DNA from: Candidatus Taylorbacteria bacterium RIFCSPHIGHO2_02_FULL_46_13
Lineage (GTDB): Bacteria; Patescibacteriota; Minisyncoccia; Phycocordibacterales; DSPV01
Reading direction: 5' to 3'
DNA: 64,000 bases
Assembly: GCA_001821015.1 (NCBI GenBank)
Contig: MHRQ01000020.1
Coordinates: forward strand, 44,977 to 108,976
The notes under the pieces are model-generated. The model had not been told where the DNA came from. It did no database searches and saw only the letters and a list, made by a program, of their open reading frames with translations. Below, piece after piece: positions 20,031 through 29,674 of this stretch (position 1 is its first letter; each line of letters opens with the position of its first letter). Both the position numbers and the translations under genes were made by a program.

Positions 20031-20441
20031 TTTTTTTAGGCATTTTTTGAATTCCTCGTAGTTTCTAATGTAATCTTTTTCATCATAGAGACTGTCAAAG
20101 AGGGCGAGTGTGACGGTATCTTTTTTGAAATTTTTCATAACGTGCCATACATACGGTTCAAGCACGAGACCTTCTTCCGGATGTGAAAGCGTCACGGTGG
20201 TTTTTTCAGCGCCGTTGTCCAATTCTACATCACATCCTCCTGAAAGAACCATAAAAACCTGTCTGCTCTGGTGATGAGTGTGAGCACCTCTCGGCTCGCT
20301 ACTTTCTGTGCATTTAGTTACGAGAGTTCTCTTTATGGTAAACGGAACCTCGCCCGCGTTCTTTCCTTCTTGAAACATAGTGAGAGCTCCATTTTTGGTT
20401 TCAAAGGATGGGAATTTTATTATGGTATAGAGTTTTTTCAT
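20028..20441 (-). CDS. FdtA/WxcM-like cupin sugar 3,4-ketoisomerase
   Basis: [27 protein letters not shown] ... YVWHVMKNF ... [20 protein letters not shown] fits the FdtA pattern (His pair, cupin fold, C-terminal YDE.DYIR). Confidence 0.6.
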   Translation of the reverse strand: MKKLYTIIKFPSFETKNGALTMFQEGKNAGEVPFTIKRTLVTKCTESSEPRGAHTHHQSRQVFMVLSGGCDVELDNGAEKTTVTLSHPEEGLVLEPYVWHVMKNFKKDTVTLALFDSLYDEKDYIRNYEEFKKCLKK

Positions 20442-21463
20442 AGTAATTGTTTAGTTTTTATTTTTTTCAACAGGGGCGACAAGATTGTTTTTACTAATCT
20501 GCGGCCTGGGTAGTATATTGAGTTGTTAAAAAATTGTTCGCTGTTCTGCTTGAATCCGGGCCGTACTATTACTCCATACTGCCAGTCAGGTTCTACCGTT
20601 CTTACGCTCTCAAGCATTTGGTAGAGGCATTGTGCATAGGGTTTGTACATGAGATCTTTCGCAGGCGATGAGCGTGTATACTCACGAAACGTTTGTGGCC
20701 CATAGGGCAGAATCATTGATCTCGGGTATAGTCCAAAGCCTGAAAAATGGAAGAATACAAGCTTGTCTGGGCCCACATACACCTCTTTTTCTTTCGTGTA
20801 GATGGGCATTCCCTGAATGTTCCATGGTGCCACATTTGCCCCTCGGTTTTTTAATATATACACGCCCTTGAATTTCTCTTCAAAATAATCAAGATACCCT
20901 TGGTCGTCATAGTGTCCAGGTCTTTCCGTGTCGTCACAGTATAAGTTACATTGCATACGCCACCAATGGAGGCACTCAAGCGCGTATGTGTCATTTCGAA
21001 AGATGAGCATGCCAACATTGTATGTACCCACCTCTTTTTCTTTTGCTTTACGTGTAGCCACAAGATTGTGTGGAATTATCATAATGGAATGAGCTCCCAT
21101 TTCTTTGTAAATAATTTCTGGTGAAGAAAAGAAATATAAATCAGCATCAAGATAGGTAATATGTTCAACATTTTTGTAGGTGAGGATATAAAGCGGGAGG
21201 GAGGGGGAGATGGTAAAGAAGTATTTTCTTTGACTACGAGTTTTTTTAATTTCTTTCAACTCGTCATCTTCAAATTCTTTTAGCGTTATCAACTGAACGT
21301 TTTGCAAACGTAATTTTTCAAGTGTCTGGTAGGTGAGGTCATCCATGCACAAAATCCAGAGGGTAAATTTTCCTATGTGTGTACTCAAAGAGTGATGAAG
21401 AGCCAAGCCTTTTATAAGAAAGCCTTTATCAAAAAGCGTACAAAAATTGAGATGTGCATTCAT
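20438..21463 (-). CDS. Putative GT-A nucleotide-diphospho-sugar transferase-like protein
   Basis: YLDADLYFF (DxD) and YDDQGYLDYF motifs. Weak family-level guess. Confidence 0.4.
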   Translation of the reverse strand: MNAHLNFCTLFDKGFLIKGLALHHSLSTHIGKFTLWILCMDDLTYQTLEKLRLQNVQLITLKEFEDDELKEIKKTRSQRKYFFTISPSLPLYILTYKNVEHITYLDADLYFFSSPEIIYKEMGAHSIMIIPHNLVATRKAKEKEVGTYNVGMLIFRNDTYALECLHWWRMQCNLYCDDTERPGHYDDQGYLDYFEEKFKGVYILKNRGANVAPWNIQGMPIYTKEKEVYVGPDKLVFFHFSGFGLYPRSMILPYGPQTFREYTRSSPAKDLMYKPYAQCLYQMLESVRTVEPDWQYGVIVRPGFKQNSEQFFNNSIYYPGRRLVKTILSPLLKKIKTKQLL

Positions 21464-22428
21464 TGTTGTAGAATCCCTTTTAACATCTTTTTTGTGGTAT
21501 GTAGTACCCTCAATATCTTTCCAGCAACACGATTGTAGCGATATCGTTGATTGACGAGCTTTTTGCTTTCAGCGGCGAGTTCTTGGAACAGAGGGTCATT
21601 AAATAAGGCGCTTCCTCTTTCTGCAATCTCAAGAGCGAACCCGTCTTGTCTTTTCAATGTGGCAAAAATCCACATCAGTAAATATTCTCGAATGGTAAAG
21701 CTTTTGTCAGTCATTTCATTTACAAATGACATTTCTATCCAGCCCGGAGCTTCAGAGGTCGCAGTACTCAGTGCTCTGTTTTCTGATGCGGAGAGTGATT
21801 TTTTTATCTCATTCTTTAGGCGTCTGACACCCATCACTCTCATAGTAGTCATCCAAAAAGGCATCTTTTCCATATACCGCAAAACCTGCCAAGCCTTGTC
21901 TTCACCATGGTACGCGTCAATAATCCCGGGTTCAAAGTCAGCCACCATCACTGTATAGGCGAGCGACCCTATGCTCTGGAAAAGACTTAAATCGGTTCCC
22001 TGTGAGTCAGTTTTGAACCAATCAATCCTATCAAGCTTGATTTCGGAGAGCACGTCGTTTATATTTTCAGCCTTACGCGTGACTCTTTTTTCTACTTCAA
22101 ACCGTGGACCTATGATCCAGTGCGCAGTTTTTTCGGTATCTGGTTTCAAGGTGCTTGAACAGAAAGGTGAGGCGGTAAGATAAAAGTCAGCTGTTTTTTC
22201 TTTACCAGGGATAACAACTGAATCGCGAATGTAGAGCTCTTTGAAAGGGGAAGTGTTTTCGGTAAGGTGTTTCATTTCTCGGCTATCGGGATCAAAGGCA
22301 ATACAAATGGAATAGGGAGCGATTTCTTTCCAAGGGCCATATACTTCTCCCGACGCTCCAATATCAAGCAACACAGGCGGTCTCGCTCTCAATTCATTTC
22401 TATTGAGTATGGTTTGAATGATGTTCAT
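21460..22428 (-). CDS. FkbM-family SAM-dependent methyltransferase
   Basis: VLLDIGASGEVYGPW and IDWFKTDSQGTDLSLF resemble FkbM motifs (DxGAxxG; KiDvEGxE). Confidence 0.5.
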   Translation of the reverse strand: MNIIQTILNRNELRARPPVLLDIGASGEVYGPWKEIAPYSICIAFDPDSREMKHLTENTSPFKELYIRDSVVIPGKEKTADFYLTASPFCSSTLKPDTEKTAHWIIGPRFEVEKRVTRKAENINDVLSEIKLDRIDWFKTDSQGTDLSLFQSIGSLAYTVMVADFEPGIIDAYHGEDKAWQVLRYMEKMPFWMTTMRVMGVRRLKNEIKKSLSASENRALSTATSEAPGWIEMSFVNEMTDKSFTIREYLLMWIFATLKRQDGFALEIAERGSALFNDPLFQELAAESKKLVNQRYRYNRVAGKILRVLHTTKKMLKGILQQ

Positions 22429-23252
22429 TTTATTTTAAATATAAAACCTTTGTCAGTTGCGGTTTCTTTACCAAGGTTGATATCTCCGGCGAGTGCTTTC
22501 CAATCGGCAACTATTTCATAGTCTGACGTAAAGAAACGAAGAAACTTTCTTTCATTAAGAAACCGCGCAGGATAGCTTGCATCATAGACTTTTGGTGAAG
22601 ATTTTTGAATCGTAATGCGGTCTGGTGTATTTCCTGTAAAGAAAGGGGTTCTATCCACAATAATGTATTGCGGGCGCAACTCTTTGATTGTATGCAGGAG
22701 GTCGTACGGTTTTTCAAGATATGGAAGCACGCTCGAAAGCAGTATCACCTGTGGGTGTACTACAGCAGCGCAATTTTTTAAGTCATCATAAAATTTCAAA
22801 TGTTCATCAGCGAGGTGTTGGTTTCCGAATTGGACGAAATGTTTCTGCTCAACGATACTCCAGGTAAGAGGTCTCACGTGTGAGAGGAAGTTTTTGTTTT
22901 GGTAATAACTGGAACCTAATGATCCTCCAATATCAATGGCGCTTAAGGTGTTTTCATTCACACTGGCAATCCACAGTAGTCCCGCAAGCACAGGCCATGA
23001 ATATTCTATGTGATCAAAATTAACCGAGTCGCGTTCAAAGGCGGCTTCACCATGTTTGACTCTTAGTGCCGCATTTTTCACTTTCTCCAGAATGAGAGGT
23101 GTATCATAGCCAGTGGTTAGGGTTCGTGCCTCGCTCCATGTCTTGTAGTCCCCGCTGTATTGTTTGGGTTGCGGATGTGCAATAGAATGAGCCATATCCC
23201 AGATTATTGGAGGTGTCATCGCCTTTATGATTTTTAATGGATATCGTTTCAT
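22425..23252 (-). CDS. Putative SAM-dependent methyltransferase (uncharacterised family common in glycan/flagellin-glycosylation clusters)
   Basis: GYDTPLILEKV...GEAAFERDSV...IDIGGSLGSSYYQNK...WSIVEQKHFV pattern. Assignment from motif memory only. Confidence 0.4.
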   Translation of the reverse strand: MKRYPLKIIKAMTPPIIWDMAHSIAHPQPKQYSGDYKTWSEARTLTTGYDTPLILEKVKNAALRVKHGEAAFERDSVNFDHIEYSWPVLAGLLWIASVNENTLSAIDIGGSLGSSYYQNKNFLSHVRPLTWSIVEQKHFVQFGNQHLADEHLKFYDDLKNCAAVVHPQVILLSSVLPYLEKPYDLLHTIKELRPQYIIVDRTPFFTGNTPDRITIQKSSPKVYDASYPARFLNERKFLRFFTSDYEIVADWKALAGDINLGKETATDKGFIFKIK

Positions 23253-24082
23253 TTTTTATTTAATACTTCATCCAGATTTTTGCGAGGGAAAACATCCAAA
23301 AGTCCTCCCCGAGTAGCATTCATAACGAGCACCTCGCGCACAGTTGCATACCGCTTGATTTCTTTGTAGATATTCCAGAGTCTTACATAGGATTCAAATT
23401 CTGTTCCCAGATCGGTACCCCACTGGTTTAGGCCCGTTCGAGTAAGCTCGCTCTCATTTTCGGCGTAAAAATGTCGGTTTTCTCCATAGTGTAATATCCA
23501 GTCATGGTCGCAACCTACTAGATAGATTTCTTTCGCTCCGCTATAGAGTGCTAAGTATATTGCTTGGTGTGCAACTGTCTGTATAAGTGGAATTTGTTTT
23601 GTGTACTCAATAGGACTCTCCGCTGAAATTTGGCTTTGTGAAAACACATAAAAATAAATCCGTTGTTTCTTGAGCAGTTTGAATTCTTGCGACAAGGAGC
23701 GGTCATGTACAGACATCATGACTTTTTGCCCCTCGGGCAGGTGTCTTTCGGCATCCTCCAGCCACGCCTTCATTTGTTCTTTTGTGATCGGAGCATGTGA
23801 TTCTGAAAAGACATGATATTCCGGTTTAATAATCTTAAAATCAGGATGCACAAAGAAATTACTGACGCTAATACAGAATTCTCCCTCTAGTTTCTTAAGG
23901 TCTTGCGTTTTTATTGAGGGGCCGCAGGCGAGAATAAAGCACCGCTTTCCGAGAAACTTGTTTTTAAGCTCGGCGTTTGGTTTGAGTTTCTGTCGGTGGC
24001 GAAGATAGAACAGGTATTTGCGCAGAGCATGTTTCTGTGTTCGGTAGAAATCTGCAAGTTCAATGAACAGTGGCCCAACCAC
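23249..24082 (-). CDS. DUF115/Maf-like (motility-accessory-factor type) putative nonulosonic-acid transferase; start uncertain (possible GTG)
   Basis: FILACGPSI and YLVGCDHDW motifs. Track ORF (to 24286) N-terminus is the translated repeat copy B; no ATG lies between the repeat and the conserved region. Confidence 0.4.
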   Translation of the reverse strand: MVGPLFIELADFYRTQKHALRKYLFYLRHRQKLKPNAELKNKFLGKRCFILACGPSIKTQDLKKLEGEFCISVSNFFVHPDFKIIKPEYHVFSESHAPITKEQMKAWLEDAERHLPEGQKVMMSVHDRSLSQEFKLLKKQRIYFYVFSQSQISAESPIEYTKQIPLIQTVAHQAIYLALYSGAKEIYLVGCDHDWILHYGENRHFYAENESELTRTGLNQWGTDLGTEFESYVRLWNIYKEIKRYATVREVLVMNATRGGLLDVFPRKNLDEVLNKK

Positions 24083-24094
24083 GGTAAGTCTTTT

Positions 24095-24253
24095 TATTGC
24101 CAAGCGAGTGAGTGGAGAGAAAAAGTATCTTCTTTTTCTCTCCCGAGCGAGCGACGGCAACAAAGGGTTTACTACCCCACGGCTTGCCGCGGGTGAGTAC
24201 GCGCACAGCGCGTTTTTCATGCGGGGCTTGCCCCGCGGTATAATACCCTTTAT
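24095..24253. repeat. Hairpin repeat family, copy B (long form)
   Basis: TTATTGCCAAGCGAGTGAGTGGAGAGAAAAAGTATCTTCTTTTTCTCTCCCGAGCGAGCGACGGCAACAAAGGGTTTACTACCCCACGGCTTGCCGCGGG...GGTATAATACCCTTTAT. Confidence 0.85.
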
Positions 24254-24295
24254 AAATCCTCGAATAGTCGGGTTTTTTTCAGTCATGGGGTTTTT

Positions 24296-24988
24296 CTATT
24301 TTTTGTGACATACACCATAAAAACAGGTAGTCAGCACTCCGGTACTCAAGGTTGCTTTGTGGGTGAGTAACTCTACGTTTCCAGCTCCAAAGTGGTCTGT
24401 AAGAAGAGCCAAGAAATCATTTCGCGTGAGCTCGTACTTGTGATACGGATTATGCATGCTGGGGCCGGATTTCCCGGTAGGGTTTTCAGGCGAACTTACA
24501 ATAAGTGTGCCGCCAGGCTTAAGAGCGTTTAAAAAAGCTTTGATAAGTGGCCCTTGGTATTTTGATTCTATGTGTTCAATCCCCTCAATACAGCCGATGA
24601 CGTTAAACTGTGCGGAGGGCAATTCAGGATTTGTTAGATCTCCCGACAAGAACGAAGTTGTCTTATTTCCGTATATCCGACGCGCGTATTCAATCGTAAT
24701 AGCATCGTCATCCATGCCTTTATACACGATTCCAAACGGCGCAAGTATCTCTGCCGCGTATCCGCTCCCGCATGGGAAGTCTAAGACATGGTCGTTGGGG
24801 CGGCAGTAAAAACCCACGAGCGAATACCGTCCTTTATGCCGCACCACTGAATCTTTCATGTCGGCTGACGGGACGTCGCTTTTTTGTACAGAAACATGTG
24901 TGCCGTCAGGCATATCAAATTCAAGGCCTCTAAGGTAGAGTCGTTCGGGGTCAGCCGCAGTCCGTATGATGTTCTCTGTGCGCTTCAT
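24296..24988 (-). CDS. Class I SAM-dependent methyltransferase
   Basis: HVLDFPCGSGYAAEIL (motif I) and LKPGGTLIVS (post-motif II). Confidence 0.65.
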   Translation of the reverse strand: MKRTENIIRTAADPERLYLRGLEFDMPDGTHVSVQKSDVPSADMKDSVVRHKGRYSLVGFYCRPNDHVLDFPCGSGYAAEILAPFGIVYKGMDDDAITIEYARRIYGNKTTSFLSGDLTNPELPSAQFNVIGCIEGIEHIESKYQGPLIKAFLNALKPGGTLIVSSPENPTGKSGPSMHNPYHKYELTRNDFLALLTDHFGAGNVELLTHKATLSTGVLTTCFYGVCHKK

Positions 24989-24995
24989 ACGATAG

Positions 24996-25658
24996 TTATG
25001 GTTTTACAATAAAAGATGGAATATGGCTCCATGGAAATTTCTCAATTCTGACGTTCATTTTCGCAAAGAAATCATCCACAGCCTTTGTCTCCCCGGGGAA
25101 CGTTCCATAGTCGTCAAAGGCGATGATTCCGCCTCTCACCACACGCAGGTAGAGCGTTTCAAGGATTGTTTTGGCTGGTTCATAAATGTCAGTGTCTATA
25201 TGCAGTAAGGCAATTTTGAGGTGGGGATTGTCGCGCAGATAGCGCGGCACGGTCTTTACAACATCGCCGGCTACCAGTTCTACGTTTGTGATTTTTTTCG
25301 CATCAAGGATATGCTCGAGTGCCGTGGTGCTCAACGCTTCGTTGCCGGCACTAGAGACAAAACGTTGCAAGTATTTTTTATCGTCCTTGAATTTTGTTGG
25401 GGGTACTTTGCCAAACGTATCAAATCCGATGATCTTTCGGCTGTGGGGAGTTTCCACTAGATTTCTAAACGTCGCGAATTGAATGAGAGAGTTTCCCTTA
25501 AAAACCCCGCATTCAACGACTGCACCCGGCAGGTCGGCGATTTTCTTATACAACTCATAGTGTGCGAGAATTTTCCCCATACGGTCAATGCCGCTGGTCA
25601 TCATGAATCCATTTTCATATTCAAACACCGAATTATTTTTTACTACGGGTTTTTTCAT
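24996..25658 (-). CDS. TylF/MycF-family sugar O-methyltransferase
   Basis: LPGAVVECGVFKGNSLIQFA ... IIGFDTFGKVPP ... IAFDDYG fits the macrocin-O-methyltransferase family pattern. Confidence 0.65.
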   Translation of the reverse strand: MKKPVVKNNSVFEYENGFMMTSGIDRMGKILAHYELYKKIADLPGAVVECGVFKGNSLIQFATFRNLVETPHSRKIIGFDTFGKVPPTKFKDDKKYLQRFVSSAGNEALSTTALEHILDAKKITNVELVAGDVVKTVPRYLRDNPHLKIALLHIDTDIYEPAKTILETLYLRVVRGGIIAFDDYGTFPGETKAVDDFFAKMNVRIEKFPWSHIPSFIVKP

Positions 25659-26527
25659 TTTGGTTTGTATTTTAATTTCTTTCTTTGTTCTTTTTCGACC
25701 GGAAGAATAGGTTCACGTTTAAAGGAGAGGGAAATGTGCGTAGCATGTAAATTGCGAGCCAGTTTGGATAATCCTTGTGGTTCAAGCGATGCGGCATGGT
25801 CGGTACCTTTCCATGTTCTATTTTTAGTAAAGTGTCGTTCAACCCACACTGCTCCGAGGGTGTATGCCGCTATGTCTATCGCAATGCCATTATGATGTCC
25901 CGAGAACCCGATTTCTTTTACGCGTTCCCCATAGGTTTCCTTTAGCCGTGTTATTTCAAGCAGGCTCACGTCTTTAAAATCAACAGGGTATCCCGACGTA
26001 CATGCATAGAGCACCAGGCGTTTCTTTGCCGCTCCGGTTTTCTCAAAGAAGGCGACGAGCGCTTCTTCTTCTTTCGGCGTTGTCATTCCGACCGACACAT
26101 GGATATCTCCTTTATATGTATCGCGCAAGAGCTCTAGCATCTTGAAATGATTGTTACTTGCGGAAGGGACTTTTATAAATCGGGGATTAAGACGGATTAT
26201 TTCTTTTGCCGATGTTACGTCCCAGACTGATGATGAATATTCAATACCGATTTTTTGAGCATACGTTAGCAGTTTTTCATGGTCTGCGACGCTAAACTCA
26301 AGATATTCGCGATGGGCTCCGTAGGTATTTCCAAATGAATTTTGCGGGTTTGGATGGGGGGTTTGGTACTGTTTTTTTGTCAGAAGTTCTCTTGGATTTC
26401 TCTTTTGGAATTTGACGACGTCCGCGCCAGAATCTTTTGCAAGCTTAATAAGTTCTTTGGCAATCTCAATATCGCCCATATGGTTGCATCCGATTTCCGC
26501 GATTACGTTAGGTTTTTTGTATTTCAT
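25655..26527 (-). CDS. NeuB-family nonulosonic acid (sialic/pseudaminic/legionaminic-like) synthase, short form without C-terminal SAF domain
   Basis: VIAEIGCNHMGDIEIAKELIKLAKDSGADVVKFQKRNPRELL. 290 aa, shorter than canonical ~340-aa NeuB. Confidence 0.7.
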   Translation of the reverse strand: MKYKKPNVIAEIGCNHMGDIEIAKELIKLAKDSGADVVKFQKRNPRELLTKKQYQTPHPNPQNSFGNTYGAHREYLEFSVADHEKLLTYAQKIGIEYSSSVWDVTSAKEIIRLNPRFIKVPSASNNHFKMLELLRDTYKGDIHVSVGMTTPKEEEALVAFFEKTGAAKKRLVLYACTSGYPVDFKDVSLLEITRLKETYGERVKEIGFSGHHNGIAIDIAAYTLGAVWVERHFTKNRTWKGTDHAASLEPQGLSKLARNLHATHISLSFKREPILPVEKEQRKKLKYKPK

Positions 26528-27198
26528 AACCCTTTAATTTTTTTGAATAGTTCTTCTGCGCCCGCCCAGTCTTCGGGAGTATCAATATCAATTGATTGTT
26601 CAGGTTTCATTTCAAACATGCCGATTGAGCCCCCAAGAAAATTCTTATGATTTTGCAAGGTTGATTTCCTGGTGATGTAGAACGCACCATTCTCGGTGAT
26701 AGTTCCTTCAAAATCTTGCGTTCGGGGCCGTTCGTTCGGGTTGTAATTGAGAGGCTTTCCATTTTTTGTCCAATAGAACCGTTTGTGCAAAGTCCCGGTA
26801 ACTAAGGCGTCATTTTTTTTCTCTTCAAGTGTTTCAATGGCGCGGTCTATGTCGTCTCTCGTAGTGAGGGGGTTGGTTGCGTGCAGGATTACCAATATAT
26901 CAAACGGGACTTGTGTCATGAAGTGTAGGTGGACGAGCTCTTCGGGGGTGGTATCTTGCGCTAGTTCTTTAGGGCGGTGGCTGATCGTAAGATTCAGTCC
27001 TTGTGCGGCCATGGTTTGTTTAATCTTTTCATCTTCTGTAGAGACGTGGATCGCATCAATATATTTTGATTGTTTTGCGGCATGCGCAACCCAATAGGCC
27101 AAAGGTCTTCCGTGGAAGGTTTTAATGTTTTTACCGGGAATCCTTTTTGAATTTCCCCGAAGCGGGATGATCGCGACGACTTTTTTATTATTAATCAT
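26524..27198 (-). CDS. CMP-nonulosonate (acylneuraminate) cytidylyltransferase, NeuA/KdsB family
   Basis: KVVAIIPLRGNSKRIPGKNIKTFHGRPLAYWVAHAA...IDAIHVSTEDEKI. Start set to MINNKK; ATGA-type overlap with neuB-like gene. Confidence 0.7.
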   Translation of the reverse strand: MINNKKVVAIIPLRGNSKRIPGKNIKTFHGRPLAYWVAHAAKQSKYIDAIHVSTEDEKIKQTMAAQGLNLTISHRPKELAQDTTPEELVHLHFMTQVPFDILVILHATNPLTTRDDIDRAIETLEEKKNDALVTGTLHKRFYWTKNGKPLNYNPNERPRTQDFEGTITENGAFYITRKSTLQNHKNFLGGSIGMFEMKPEQSIDIDTPEDWAGAEELFKKIKGL

Positions 27199-28258
27199 GG
27201 TGTTTTTTGATTTGTTTACGGTACATCCATCGGGCCACGTGATAGATACCGGGTAGAGAGCGTAACGTTTCCGCAACAATCTGTGGGACTGCGCGTCGTT
27301 TCATTTCCGGCTTAAGCATTACCCGTTCTGCAACACATGGGGTATCAGCGTTTGCGTTGCAAAAGTCAGCCATAACCGCGAATATATTGTATGTGTTGAG
27401 CGTGAGTTCTCGCGCTATTTTGATCGCTTTAGTCCGCTTTTCATATACATGTTCAATAATCGCTTGTTCAATGATTTCAATTGATTTGTGGGGGTCATCC
27501 ACGTCTACTCTGATAAATGCTTCCGGGCTGTAATATGTTTCTAGATCCGGGCATCCATAGTAGAAGGGGAACGTATGTCCAAGATACACGTCTCCAATTC
27601 CAGTGACATACCCAGGCACATACGCGTTCTCAATCATTACATAGTATTGGTAAGGAGCAATGCCGTCCATTTTATCGCTAATGCGATTGATTCCATTACC
27701 AAATACATCCATCGTATCTTTAAAGTGTTCTTTCAACGCGCTGATGAATGCATGGCGTTTGCGTTGGCCAGGCGCGCGATTTTTTGATGCATTAACAACG
27801 GCAAGAAGCTTTGTTTTTTCTGGCACGCGCATGGTCTTATAGGTATTATACGTGGTGAAATATCTTTTAAAATCTTTCGGGTCTACTCCAGAGCCTGTGC
27901 CGAAATGTCCAACCATCCATGGTGCTACTTGGCGGCGTATAAGGTGTGGGTGGTGTATCTCTGGGTGAGCACTGATAATATACCCAAATTGCTCAATAAA
28001 CTTCCGTGCGTATTTTTTGATGTCCGGGTTTCCTTCTCCCGTCATCAATACCGTGCGGTTTTTTGGTCCGTATGCACGGGTCGGTTTTTCTAAGTTGTTC
28101 CACACGAACCACCAGTCAAACGCTGTTTCAGATTCATCAGTGATAAACTCGCAGTTCCCCCATACTCCCTTGGAACCAGGCGTTTGTCGTAGGTACGGTA
28201 TGTCAGGATACTGACTGCTGAATTTTACTCTTATTTTTTTATGTGTGAGAGTCTCCAT
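27191..28258 (-). CDS. Putative glycosyltransferase with GT10/WecF-like fucosyltransferase C-terminal motif
   Basis: YQYYVMIENAYVPGYVTGIGDVYLGHTFPFYYGCPDLETYYSPEAFIRVDVDDP parallels the GT10 motif (FENS...DYITEK...VPVV.G...AFIHVDDF). Moderate/low. Confidence 0.4.
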   Translation of the reverse strand: METLTHKKIRVKFSSQYPDIPYLRQTPGSKGVWGNCEFITDESETAFDWWFVWNNLEKPTRAYGPKNRTVLMTGEGNPDIKKYARKFIEQFGYIISAHPEIHHPHLIRRQVAPWMVGHFGTGSGVDPKDFKRYFTTYNTYKTMRVPEKTKLLAVVNASKNRAPGQRKRHAFISALKEHFKDTMDVFGNGINRISDKMDGIAPYQYYVMIENAYVPGYVTGIGDVYLGHTFPFYYGCPDLETYYSPEAFIRVDVDDPHKSIEIIEQAIIEHVYEKRTKAIKIARELTLNTYNIFAVMADFCNANADTPCVAERVMLKPEMKRRAVPQIVAETLRSLPGIYHVARWMYRKQIKKHHD

Positions 28259-28261
28259 ACG

Positions 28262-29608
28262 TTAGCTTGCCTTCTTGTGTTGCATATTCCACGCGGTTGG
28301 TATGAGAAAATATCCTCTCGTACCGCTTTTTGAGGCTAGCTCATGATATTCTTTCGGGCTATGAACCGTTACCGTCTTCTGGACAGGTGTGTCGGCAAAA
28401 TAATCTTTACTTCTGAAACAGAAGAGTTTTATCTCTATTAGATATTCGCCCGCCATGAAGAGCCGAGCGGGGATCAAAAGGTTTGCGTTATAGTGCCCCG
28501 CCGTGATTTCCTCAAGCTCCGGTTCCCAATCTTGAACAAATGAGCGCGAGATAAGCGTCCCCGAGCTGTTCTTAATTAACACGCCGACCCGAAATGATTG
28601 CAGGTTGCGAGCGATTGAAAAACCGATATGTATTCCAAAGGGGTCGCTACCATCAATGCTCTCTGTTTGCTTCCCGCGTTGGGTGATGGAGAATTCTGTA
28701 AGCGTCACGTTTTCGTCGGTCATAGGAAGGGGGAGCGGCGTGTCATGTTGCGGTCCGCCTTTGAGGTACAGCTCTATGATTTTATCCGTATCGCCGATCG
28801 CCGAAATCTTTCCTTGTTCAAGGAGTACGGTCGTTTTGCATAAACGAGAGACCGCATCCATGTTATGGCTTACGAAGAGGATCGTGCGGCCCTGTGTTTT
28901 TGTGACCTCATCCATTTTTCCGAGACATTTTTTCTGAAAATCCGCATCGCCGACCGCCAGCACTTCATCCACTAAGAGGATATCCGGTTCAAGATGAGCG
29001 GCGACGGAAAATGCCAGTCGCACATACATGCCGCTTGAGTAGCGTTTTACCGGCGTATCTATAAAACGCTCAATGCCAGAGAATGCGACAATCTTGTCAA
29101 AGTTCTTTTCAATTTGTCGCTTAGTCATTCCAAGGATAGCTCCGTTTAAGAATATATTCTCACGGCCAGTGAGCTCCGGATGAAATCCGGTCCCGACCTC
29201 AAGGAGTGACACTACTTTTCCTTTAATTTTTATCTCTCCTTCCGTAGGCGGGGTGATGCCCGTGAGGATTTTTAGCAAGGTTGATTTTCCCGCGCCATTT
29301 CTCCCGATAATGCCGATGACCTCTCCTTTCTTAACATCAAGATTGATATTTTTGAGCGCCCAGAACTCCTCCTTCGTTTCTCGGGCGAGGATTTTTTTCA
29401 TCTGGTTTTTTATGGTTTGGAATGGGGATAAGAGTGCGTACGTGATATTGTCTCGCAAGGCCGTATACCTCGCCGATCTATGTGCAATACGGTATTTCTT
29501 TGAGATATTTTTTATTGATATAACCGTTTCTATCCCGTTAGAGACAGGAAGCGCTTCGCTCGCCTGGCGGGATTGTGGTGGGGGTAATTTTTCTTTTATG
29601 TGAGTCAT
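28262..29608 (-). CDS. ABC transporter ATP-binding protein, Wzt/TagH type with C-terminal extension (possible glycan-binding domain)
   Basis: Walker A GIIGRNGAGKSTLLKIL, signature YSSGMYVRLAF, Walker B ILLVDE. ~200-aa C-terminal extra domain. Confidence 0.8.
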   Translation of the reverse strand: MTHIKEKLPPPQSRQASEALPVSNGIETVISIKNISKKYRIAHRSARYTALRDNITYALLSPFQTIKNQMKKILARETKEEFWALKNINLDVKKGEVIGIIGRNGAGKSTLLKILTGITPPTEGEIKIKGKVVSLLEVGTGFHPELTGRENIFLNGAILGMTKRQIEKNFDKIVAFSGIERFIDTPVKRYSSGMYVRLAFSVAAHLEPDILLVDEVLAVGDADFQKKCLGKMDEVTKTQGRTILFVSHNMDAVSRLCKTTVLLEQGKISAIGDTDKIIELYLKGGPQHDTPLPLPMTDENVTLTEFSITQRGKQTESIDGSDPFGIHIGFSIARNLQSFRVGVLIKNSSGTLISRSFVQDWEPELEEITAGHYNANLLIPARLFMAGEYLIEIKLFCFRSKDYFADTPVQKTVTVHSPKEYHELASKSGTRGYFLIPTAWNMQHKKAS

Positions 29609-29674
29609 ATCGTTTATTTTAAAATTTCAGTGCTACCGTAGCGAAGCGGTCTCTAACGGGATCCATATATTTTT

